From: Candidatus Tenderia sp.
Lineage (GTDB): Bacteria > Pseudomonadota > Gammaproteobacteria > Tenderiales > Tenderiaceae
Direction of reading: 5' to 3'
NCBI GenBank assembly: GCA_031416075.1
Contig: JANOSY010000087.1
Location: forward strand, 1 to 64,000
DNA length: 64,000 nucleotides
In this document: positions 1-7,645 of the stretch, piece after piece
Numbering within the stretch: position 1 is the stretch's first letter
Layout: the number at the start of each line of letters is the position of its first letter
Translations under genes and position numbers: made by a program
Notes under the pieces: model-generated
What the model was told of the DNA's origin: nothing
Seen by the model: the letters and a program-made list of their open reading frames with translations, nothing else
Database searches by the model: none

Positions 1-2
1 TT

Positions 3-284
3 CTAGACATTACCGGCGCAATCATTACGCTTGACGCCATGGGCTGCCAAACCAAAGTCGTGGACAAGATTGTCGAACGTAAAGCGGACTATGTCATTGG
101 CCTAAAGGGCAATCAAGGAAGTTTAAACGACGACGTCCGTCTACTGTTCAAAGAGAGGCCCGGTGCCATCGTATTTGCGACAAGCGAAGAGCTGGATAAA
201 GGCCATGGCCGTATCGAGAGACGCACCTGCACCATCACCGCAGATATTCAACTCGGTAAGGCGTACTGGGTAGGGCGTCAATAA
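3..284 (+). mobile_element. ISAs1-family transposase fragment (enters from outside the window, truncated at about 255)
   Basis: Frame open from base 3: LDITGAIITLDAMGCQ...ADYVIGLKGNQGSL...DKGHGRIERR, typical ISAs1 motifs. Similarity stops at ITADIQ where REP sequence begins. Confidence 0.85.
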
Positions 285-348
285 GCGGAGCGCATTGCGC
301 CGCATGAACTATCCGGTGCAATGCGGCTAGCGCCTTATTGCACCCTAC
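270..348. repeat. GTAG-type REP doublet (REPIN-like)
   Basis: GTAGGGCGTCAATAAGCGGAGCGCATTGCGCCG...CGGTGCAATGCGGCTAGCGCCTTATTGCACCCTAC: two inverted imperfect hairpins with GTAG/CTAC ends, next to a RAYT gene. Confidence 0.85.
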
Positions 349-408
349 TCCATTATCACTCCACGATTGGAGTCACTTATTTTGATGTAACACAGTAAGG
401 CGCACCAA

Positions 409-477
409 ATAGAGCATTAATGCCCAATACACTCGCTCCACTCGCGGGGCTCTAAGCGCAGCGCATTGCGCCGCATG
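409..477 (+). repeat. Long REP variant, left inverted repeat of the RAYT gene
   Basis: Near-identical reverse complement of 1036-1108, with a 4-bp deletion and a decayed ATAGAGCATTAAT head. Confidence 0.8.
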
Positions 478-481
478 CTAA

Positions 482-1012
482 TCAATCCACATACCTCAAT
501 CCCTCCTCGTCTCCCCCCGCCCAATCGGCCGGGTAAACACCCCTCTCAACTAATTTGTGAAATGTCGAAAAAGGCCAATCCGAGACCCGAGATACCAATC
601 CGTGCTTCACCGGGTTGACATGGACATAATCCATGTGTGCCTGAAAATCAGCTTCATCTTTGATGAGATGCTCCCAATAACGGCGTTGCCATATCCCCCT
701 TTCGCCCCGTCGCTCCCTTGCCGCCGACAGCCGTTCACCCCTCGGGAGTGATTTCGAAAACTCCATCTTGATCAATCGCCACCGCACGGGAAAATCCACA
801 TCACCGACCGGGAGTTCAATCACGCAATGCATGTGCTCTGGCAAGACCACCCATGCGTGAATTTTGAACGGGTGCCGCTGTTGGACGGAGCGAACTATTT
901 CTCGAAGCGTTTCGATATGACAAACAAGAAGGTCGTTCCCTTTTCGTTCAAGGAGATTGACGGTGAAAAAATAAGTGCCGCCTGGGTGCCAGGCGCGTCG
1001 GTAGTTAGGCAT
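482..1012 (-). CDS. rayT: REP-associated tyrosine transposase (RAYT / TnpA-REP, HUH Y1 family)
   Basis: MPNYRRA..PGGTYFFTV, HUH motif LPEHMH, WQRRYWEHLI, catalytic Tyr in DYVHVNPVKHG; flanked by REPs. Confidence 0.93.
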   Translation of the reverse strand: MPNYRRAWHPGGTYFFTVNLLERKGNDLLVCHIETLREIVRSVQQRHPFKIHAWVVLPEHMHCVIELPVGDVDFPVRWRLIKMEFSKSLPRGERLSAARERRGERGIWQRRYWEHLIKDEADFQAHMDYVHVNPVKHGLVSRVSDWPFSTFHKLVERGVYPADWAGGDEEGLRYVD

Positions 1013-1035
1013 TGGGCGAGTATGGTGGTGAGATT

Positions 1036-1108
1036 CATTCGGCGCAATGCGCTGCGCTTAGAGTCTGCCCCGCGAGTGGAGCGAGTGTATTGGGCATTGA
1101 CGCCCTAC
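1036..1108 (-). repeat. Long REP variant, right inverted repeat of the RAYT gene
   Basis: Minus strand GTAGGGCGTCAAT-[36 nt insert]-AAGCGCAGCGCATTGCGCCG. GTAG begins immediately after the stop codon of the mtgA fragment. Confidence 0.85.
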
Positions 1109-1696
1109 TTACTGAATTTGTTCCGAGGCTGGCTCTGGCTCTGGCGCTGACTCGGCGATCGGAGCCGTGTCCGTCACAACCTCCTTCACTGGCGCCACCG
1201 GACTCACCGCCCCCACCCGCATATGTCGCCCAATCTTCTTTACTTTATTGTTGAAAAACCTGGTGCGTGTCGCCGGGTTGTGTTTTTTGGGGCCGGGCAG
1301 GGTGGCGGCGAGTTCGATGGCTTGTTGGGTGCTGAGCTGGCGGGCGGAGATGCCCCAGTACTTGCGGCTGGCGGCTTCGATGCCGTAGATGCCGGGGCCG
1401 AATTCGGCGACGTTGAGATAGAGTTCGAGGATGCGGCGTTTGTTGAGCTGCTGCTCCATGATCGCTGTCATCCACACCTCGTGCCACTTGCGCAGCGGGT
1501 TGCGTGATGGGGTGAGAAAGAGGTTTTTGGCTAGCTGCTGCGACAGGGTGCTGCCGCCGATGACCATCTTGTGGCGTTCGAGGTTGTACTCCCAGGCGTC
1601 CTGCAATGCGGCAACGTCGAATCCTTCGTGTTCATAAAAGCGGCTATCTTCGGCAACCACCACGGCGCGGCGTATCGGTTTGGCGATGGCCGATAG
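1109..1696 (-). pseudogene. mtgA: 5'-truncated duplicate of monofunctional peptidoglycan transglycosylase
   Basis: [48 protein letters not shown] match 4194-5129. Similarity ends at about 1696; N-terminal TM anchor absent; different C-terminal tail. Confidence 0.85.
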
Positions 1697-2091
1697 TGGT
1701 ATGGGGTCGCCTTTTGAACTGGGTTTTGTTGGGGTAATATCGGTTGTTTCGATAGTTTGGGTGCTATGGAACTTGAGTGGTTGTCCGGTGGGTGCGGAAC
1801 ACTATGTTATCCAGCGGATTGGGGCACTATGGTCGAGGTTTGGCAGAAGTCGTGTACTATGTTTATTGATTGGATTGTTTTTGTATGACGTTCTTTGATA
1901 AACATGGATGGGGGTAGGAGAAAACCTTTTCTTTGTGGCCTCAACTTGCTGTGCAGGTATTTGGCCTGCCATAGTTAACAGAGCAGGTCTTTAGTCCGCT
2001 ATATGCTGCTGTATGCCTCTGTATATAAGTGGCGGGGTGTATTTATAGAAAGTGCTGCACTCTTAATTACGAATAATTATAGGTACCACCG

Positions 2092-2814
2092 ATGAATGAA
2101 ATTCGCAATATCGCATATACCACCGCGCGGTCAGATGTTTTCGAGATGGTGCCGGCGGCGGCTATGTCAATCTTGGATGTTGGCTGTAGCAATGGTGCGC
2201 TGGGTGCTAGCCTCAGACATGCCTTGCCGAACCGCCAGATTTTTGGTGTCGAGCGAGATGCTGAGTTTGTAGCGCAGGCTGAAGGTCAACTTGATCGGGT
2301 CATCCATGCGGACATAAATGAGTTCGCGTGGGGTGATGTTTTTCCAGAAGCCATGTTTGATTGTGTGATATTTTCTGATGTCCTTGAGCATTTGATTGAT
2401 CCACAAAAACATCTTATTGAAGCCCAAAAATGCCTGCTGCCGGGTGGATCTATAGTTATCAGCCTGCCTAACATTCGGCATATCTCTGCGCTATACAGCA
2501 TTTTCTTATGTGGGACATTCCCTAGACGTGATCGCGGTATTTTCGATAGAACGCATCTGCACTGGTTCACGCGTCGTGATGCCCATATTTTATTGGCCGC
2601 TATAGGGATGCAAGTCGAAGCAGCTACCTATACTTTGCGTGTCGGTGACAAGGGCGGAGGATTGTTGAACAAGGTTGTTGGCAGGTTGCTTGGACCAATT
2701 AAAGAGTTCGCTCCAGTTCGGGAGTTTCTTTCGTACCAATTTTGCTTACGTGCAATAAACGTTCAAGATGCGCCTGTACGGCCGCTTGATGTGCCTAACA
2801 CACAATTTCCTTGA
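2092..2814 (+). CDS. Class I SAM-dependent methyltransferase
   Basis: ILDVGCSNGALG motif I, FDCVIFSDVLEHL, ISLPN, DRTHLHWFT, as in glycan-cluster methyltransferases. Confidence 0.9.
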   Translation: MNEIRNIAYTTARSDVFEMVPAAAMSILDVGCSNGALGASLRHALPNRQIFGVERDAEFVAQAEGQLDRVIHADINEFAWGDVFPEAMFDCVIFSDVLEHLIDPQKHLIEAQKCLLPGGSIVISLPNIRHISALYSIFLCGTFPRRDRGIFDRTHLHWFTRRDAHILLAAIGMQVEAATYTLRVGDKGGGLLNKVVGRLLGPIKEFAPVREFLSYQFCLRAINVQDAPVRPLDVPNTQFP

Positions 2815-2828
2815 AGTGGTTCTGAACG

Positions 2829-3899
2829 ATGACAAGTACTAAAATCGGCTACGTCTTATTGTCGAACACAAGAAACCCGCTTCCTAGCACCAGGGTTTCC
2901 GTTCTAAATATGTTCCCCTATCTCCGGGCGGCAAACTTTGAGCCATATGTTCTATTTGAACCACAGCACGGAGAAGAAAAACCCGATGTCTCAGGCCTGG
3001 CTAAAAGAATGCTCAGCCAAGGGGTTGAAATAGCCTACTTTCAGAAGGTTCATGGAGCCAGTGTATTAGCCGAGATCAGGAAGCTGTCGGCAAGTGGCGT
3101 CAAAATTATATACGGTGTTTGCGACCTCGTTGAAAATGAAATGGCTGAAGTCGCAGATGCAACAATCGTGGTAACTGAATACCTGAAAAGTCTCTACGAA
3201 TATCGTCTTCAGCATAAGATTCACGTTGTACATGATGGTATAGAAAATCCGCAGATACGAAAAAGTGCTTACAGTACTGATCGCGGGTCCGCTGGGAGAC
3301 CGTTGCGGGCTGTGTTGGTTACTTCAAGTGAGCTTGATAACATTCCCATTATCGAACGTCCGCCTTCGTTTCTGGAAGTTACGATCGTGGGTCGTTACCC
3401 AAGGGTCTCTTCGGTGCGCCAACGCGCGAAGCAAGCATATTGGAAAATCGCGGCAAAAAAATCTTTACCAGAAAAGTGTGTTCTTGCTAGCAACATGATT
3501 TTTAGGAAATTTAAAGCGGTCAACTGGGATATCGATACAGCGTATAGATTGATGGCCGAGGCGGATATTGGCATTATTCCGGTTGATATGGGCGTGGACC
3601 CGATACCGCGACATGATGTTTCATATTGGCAAGTAAAGTCTGAAAATCGGCTTACCATGAAAATGTCCGTGGGTTTGCCGGTAGTAGCGAGTCCTGTGCC
3701 CTCATACCTGGAAATTCTTAATCAGGGGAAGAATGGTTATCTCGCATCCAATCGAGACGAGTGGATTCAGTGCATGGAAGAGCTGCGCGATCCTGACCGA
3801 CGGAGAGTGATTGGCGAGAACGCGAGAAGCTCGGTGATCGAGCGCTATTCGAAAGAAACCCAGGCGGAAAGACTGATTGAGATACTCAGGAAGGTTTAA
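2829..3899 (+). CDS. Glycosyltransferase, GT-B fold (GT4-like)
   Basis: ADIGIIP...KSENRLTMKMSVGLPVVASPVPSYLEILNQGKNGYLA C-terminal GT4-like signature. Confidence 0.85.
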   Translation: MTSTKIGYVLLSNTRNPLPSTRVSVLNMFPYLRAANFEPYVLFEPQHGEEKPDVSGLAKRMLSQGVEIAYFQKVHGASVLAEIRKLSASGVKIIYGVCDLVENEMAEVADATIVVTEYLKSLYEYRLQHKIHVVHDGIENPQIRKSAYSTDRGSAGRPLRAVLVTSSELDNIPIIERPPSFLEVTIVGRYPRVSSVRQRAKQAYWKIAAKKSLPEKCVLASNMIFRKFKAVNWDIDTAYRLMAEADIGIIPVDMGVDPIPRHDVSYWQVKSENRLTMKMSVGLPVVASPVPSYLEILNQGKNGYLASNRDEWIQCMEELRDPDRRRVIGENARSSVIERYSKETQAERLIEILRKV

Positions 3900-3923
3900 C
3901 CTCTTGCCCTTATTAAGGCGGTT

Positions 3924-4203
3924 GAGGCTGTAGAAAAACCTAAAACAGATCACATCTCTGGCATGATCAAACGGACCGCAAGGGGGCGCGGTATAAACTT
4001 ACTCATTGGGTGTTGATGGTGTTGCCGGTCGACTTTGACCCGCAGGTGGTTCCCTGTGGTTTTGAACACGGGTTTTGTCATCGAGACTGTGAGTTTCATA
4101 CATCTTATTCCGTAGAGATCTGGTTTTGGGCATTGGATTGGCCGTCTGAAAATGTGATGTAGCAGGGATTGCTGTATCAAACGACGTGGTTTTTTACAGA
4201 ACT
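3924..4203 (+). mobile_element. Internally deleted, degenerate IS1182-like element (MITE-sized relic)
   Basis: Left end GAGGCTGTAGAAAAACC and imperfect inverted right end GGTTTTTTACAGAAC. 3986-4081 reads ARYKLTHWVLMVLPVDFDPQVVPCGFEHGFCH, like IS1182 transposase N-termini as recalled (MARYK...LPVDFDRQ..PGSFEHALCH); start codon lost. Confidence 0.65.
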
Positions 4204-5129
4204 GGCTCGGGGGCTGGTTCTGAATCAGGTTCAGGTTCAGGTTCAGGTTCAGGTTCAGGTTCAGGTTCAGGTTCAGGTTCAGGTTCAGGTTCAGGTTCAG
4301 GTTCAGGTTCAGGCGTTATCTCGGGGGTTGGTTCGGCGTTTGGGAGTGGCTCTGTGGTGAGGGTCTCTCTCTTTTCGGGCACTGGCGCAGTCGCTACTCC
4401 TACCCGCATATGTCGGCCAATCTTTTTCACCTTGTTGTTGAAGAACTTGGTGCGTGTTGCTGGGTTGTGTTTTTTTGGGCCAGGCAGGGTGGCGGCGAGC
4501 TCGATGGCTTGTCGGCTGCTGAGCTGGCGGGCGGAGATGCCCCAGTACTTGCGGCTGGCGGCTTCTACGCCGTAGATGCCGGGGCCAAATTCGGCGACAT
4601 TTAGATAGAGTTCGAGGATGCGGCGTTTGCTGAGTTGGCGCTCCATGATCGTTGTCAGCCACACCTCGTGCCATTTGCGCAGTGGATTGCGGGATGGGGT
4701 GAGGAAGAGGTTTTTGGCCAGCTGCTGTGACAGGGTGCTGCCGCCGATGGCGAATTTGCGGCGTTCGAGGTTGTACTCCCAGGCATCTTGCAGTGCGGCG
4801 ACGTCGAACCCTTCATGTTCATAAAAGCGGCTATCTTCGGCAACCACCACGGCGCGGCGCATCGGTTTAGCGATGGCCGACAGCGCTACGGGTTGCCAGC
4901 GCAGTGCTGGCAGTGTGGCGTTGTTGTTACGTTGTGCTTCGTAATCTTTGATGAAGGCCGATTTTGGTGTTGGCCCTGTGGCCAGCGCTTTCCAGTCGGG
5001 CATTAGCCACCAGAGGTAGGCGGTATCAAGCAGCAGGATGAGTAGCAGGAGCTGCAGGCTGCGGCTGAGCAGGCGGCGCAGCAGGCCGGGTTTTTTAGCT
5101 GGGGTCTGTTTTGTGCGGCGGCGGGACAT
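4194..5129 (-). CDS. mtgA: Monofunctional biosynthetic peptidoglycan transglycosylase with (PE)n tail
   Basis: N-terminal basic plus TM segment, [34 protein letters not shown]51 motifs; likely start MSRRR at 5129. Confidence 0.93.
   Translation of the reverse strand: MSRRRTKQTPAKKPGLLRRLLSRSLQLLLLILLLDTAYLWWLMPDWKALATGPTPKSAFIKDYEAQRNNNATLPALRWQPVALSAIAKPMRRAVVVAEDSRFYEHEGFDVAALQDAWEYNLERRKFAIGGSTLSQQLAKNLFLTPSRNPLRKWHEVWLTTIMERQLSKRRILELYLNVAEFGPGIYGVEAASRKYWGISARQLSSRQAIELAATLPGPKKHNPATRTKFFNNKVKKIGRHMRVGVATAPVPEKRETLTTEPLPNAEPTPEITPEPEPEPEPEPEPEPEPEPEPEPEPEPEPDSEPAPEPVL
4225..4314. repeat. Hexanucleotide VNTR (TCAGGT)14 + TCAGGC encoding Pro-Glu repeats in MtgA
   Basis: Directly visible perfect tandem array. 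Confidence 0.97.
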
Positions 5130-5339
5130 CGGTTTCACACTTGAGCATTGCTGGGGTGGCGGTGGCGCGCATTCGACCACAGTGGCGCGGCTTTGGCAAC
5201 TGGCGCGGGGCCGTTGCCCATGTATCTGGTGCCCATATATGTAGTGTGTAGTCCCTGGTTTGGGGTGGTCGCATGACTTATTTCGGTCCAGCCGGTATGA
5301 TTGGCGGCAATTATTAACCAGTAGCTGAGGGTATAGCAG

Positions 5340-6002
5340 GTGGCGTTAACACAAGATGAGATGAAGAAGCAGGTGGCCGATGCGGCCCTTGAGTATGTGG
5401 AGTCCGGCATGATTGTTGGCATTGGCACAGGTTCGACTGCCAACTTTTTTATTGATGGTCTGGCAAGGATGAAGGGCAAGATTGACGGTACCGTCGCCAG
5501 CTCCGAGGCCTCTGCCACCCGGCTGCGTGGCCACGGCATTCCAGTGATGGAGCTGAATACGGTGGGTAACCTGCCGCTTTATGTGGATGGTGCCGATGAG
5601 TCAAACAAGTTTCTGCACCTGATCAAGGGCGGCGGCGGTGCACTGACCCGCGAGAAGATTGTGGCGGCAGCGGCGGAGAAGTTTATCTGTATCGCTGATG
5701 AGTCGAAGCTGGTGGATGTGCTGGGCGCCTTCCCGCTGCCGGTTGAGGTAATCCCGATGGCGCGCAGTTATGTGGCGCGTGAGCTGGTGAAGCTGGGCGG
5801 AACCCCGGCCTACCGCGAGGGATTTGTGACGGACAACGGCAATATCATCCTGGATGTTCACAACTTGTCGATCATGAATGCGGTTGAGTTGGAGGCGAAA
5901 CTGAACGGTATTGTGGGCGTTGTGACCAACGGCTTGTTTGCGATCCGCCCGGCGGATGTGCTGTTGCTGGGGACTCAGGATGGCGTACGTACGCTGCGTT
6001 GA
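5340..6002 (+). CDS. rpiA: Ribose-5-phosphate isomerase A
   Basis: [41 protein letters not shown]. Confidence 0.97.
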   Translation: MALTQDEMKKQVADAALEYVESGMIVGIGTGSTANFFIDGLARMKGKIDGTVASSEASATRLRGHGIPVMELNTVGNLPLYVDGADESNKFLHLIKGGGGALTREKIVAAAAEKFICIADESKLVDVLGAFPLPVEVIPMARSYVARELVKLGGTPAYREGFVTDNGNIILDVHNLSIMNAVELEAKLNGIVGVVTNGLFAIRPADVLLLGTQDGVRTLR

Positions 6003-6065
6003 GCCTATGCGGGGGGCTGACGTGGCCCCCTTGTTTCCCGACCGCCACGGTGTGATTCCCCTTCG

Positions 6066-6269
6066 ATGCAAAAGCTACTGATTATTCTGGGCGCTGTGAT
6101 AGTTGTGCTGGGGCTGTTCTGGCCGTGGATAACACGGCTCGGGTTGGGGCGTCTACCCGGTGACGTAGCGGTTGAAAAAGAGGGCTTTCAGCTCTTTATC
6201 CCCATAACCTCCTCCATCATTATCAGTATTGTGTTGACACTTTTGGTCTGGCTCTTCACCCGGCGCTGA
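6066..6269 (+). CDS. Small membrane protein (DUF2905-like)
   Basis: Two TM helices around LGRLPGD..FIPITSSIIIS motif. Confidence 0.8.
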   Translation: MQKLLIILGAVIVVLGLFWPWITRLGLGRLPGDVAVEKEGFQLFIPITSSIIISIVLTLLVWLFTRR

Positions 6270-6297
6270 TAGCTACCGATAGTGATTACATGACCTT

Positions 6298-7398
6298 ATG
6301 CTCCCTTTGCCTATGACGCTGTTGGCGCGGTATCAATCCGATCTGGAGCAACGTCAGTTTCAATCCGATCCGGCTCAGCAGGCGGCGGTGGAGCGGCTGG
6401 ATATACTGCATCAGCGGCTGATCAGCACGCCGCCATTCAAGGCCGGACTCTTTGATAAGCTATTGAATCGCCGACCAGAACCGATCCGGGGGCTCTATCT
6501 TTGGGGTGGGGTGGGGCGTGGCAAAACCTATCTGATGGATCTCTTTTTTGATGCGTTGCCGCTGCAGGATAAGCGACGGATGCATTTCCACCGTTTTATG
6601 CAGTCGATCCACGAGGCGCTGCAGGCGCTGCCCAAAAGCCCGGATCCGCTGCTGATTGTGGCCAAGGGGCTGGCGCAGCAGATGCGGGTGCTCTGCCTGG
6701 ACGAACTGCATGTGGATGATATTGGCGACGCGATGTTGCTGGGGCGGCTGCTGGAGGGGCTCTTCAGCCACGGGGTGACGTTGGTGACAACCTCCAACAT
6801 TCCCGCCGAGCAGCTCTACAAAAATGGGTTACAGCGGGAACGGTTTCTGCCCGCCATTGAACAGCTTACACGGCATACGGAGCTGTTCCATCTCGATAAT
6901 GGCGCTGATTACCGCACCCGGCTGCTGGAAAAGGCGGGGGTCTACCATTTGAGTGGTGGTGACGGCAGTGATGCCGCCCTGATGGCGTACTTTTTGGCGC
7001 TGGCACCGGAGTCTGAACCGCAGGCGGGTGAGATTTCAGTTAACCACCGAGCCATTGCCACCCGTGCCGAGAGTGGCGGGGTGGTCTGGTTTCAGTTTAA
7101 GGCGTTGTGTGAGACGGCACGTTCGGCCACCGACTATCTGGAGATCAGCCGTCTCTATCACACGGTATTGATTAGCGATATTCCGGCGATGGATGAGGCG
7201 GTGGATGATGCCGCGCAGCGGTTTATCCACCTGATTGACGCGCTCTACGACCATAACGTCAATCTTATTGTCAGTGTGGCGGTGCCGTTGGCCGGGCTCT
7301 ATTGTGGCCGTCGCCACCAGTTTGCCTTTCAACGCACCATCAGTCGCCTGCAAGAGATGGGCAGTGGCTCTTACTACAACCAGCCGCACCGTTCATAA
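6298..7398 (+). CDS. zapE: Cell division ATPase ZapE (AFG1 family)
   Basis: GLYLWGGVGRGKTYLMDLF, LCLDE, TSNIP..LYKNGLQRERFLPAI, RFIHLIDALYD. Confidence 0.95.
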   Translation: MLPLPMTLLARYQSDLEQRQFQSDPAQQAAVERLDILHQRLISTPPFKAGLFDKLLNRRPEPIRGLYLWGGVGRGKTYLMDLFFDALPLQDKRRMHFHRFMQSIHEALQALPKSPDPLLIVAKGLAQQMRVLCLDELHVDDIGDAMLLGRLLEGLFSHGVTLVTTSNIPAEQLYKNGLQRERFLPAIEQLTRHTELFHLDNGADYRTRLLEKAGVYHLSGGDGSDAALMAYFLALAPESEPQAGEISVNHRAIATRAESGGVVWFQFKALCETARSATDYLEISRLYHTVLISDIPAMDEAVDDAAQRFIHLIDALYDHNVNLIVSVAVPLAGLYCGRRHQFAFQRTISRLQEMGSGSYYNQPHRS

Positions 7399-7595
7399 AC
7401 AGCCGGGCCGGTTCTGTTGTTGCTCGAAAAGATCTGTATATAGATCCGCACGAGAAGGTGACTACAATGATGCCGCTGCCTTAAATATCAATGGGTTGTG
7501 TTTGTTTGAAGTTCCGCACGGATGAGTGCAGCTTAATGGTTTAATAATCTCTTTTATTCCGTAATCCACGAAGTGCCTTGGGCATAGACTGACGT

Positions 7596-7645
7596 GTAAT
7601 CGGGAGATTTTCTTCCCGGATTCCACTTCGGTTCATCCAGATTAC
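7596..7645. repeat. REP-like element (second family) overlapping the NACHT stop codon
   Basis: Minus strand GTAATCTGGATGAACCGAAGTGGAATCCGGG (7645-7615) resembles GTAG-class CCCGGAT..ATCCGGG REPs; partner remnant GTAATCGGGAG at 7596. Confidence 0.6.

Noticed and set aside
3894-3928. attC-like GTTTAAC...GTTGAGG after the glycosyltransferase
   Set aside because: Too short for an attC, the right core does not fit GTTRRRY, it overlaps the IS1182-like end, and no integron integrase is present.
1712-4078. TTTTGAAC(T/AC)GGGTTTTGT near-repeat at both sides of the cargo as att sites
   Set aside because: The right copy lies inside the IS1182-like coding relic and the extended alignment is poor; probably chance.
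4169-4575. ORFs with (QV)n and (SG)n repeats on the + strand
   Set aside because: Antisense readings of the mtgA (TCAGGT)n microsatellite.
7431-7449. CTGTATATAGATCCGC as an SOS box
   Set aside because: Right half lacks CAG and no gene start follows; only a short GATCT/AGATC palindrome.
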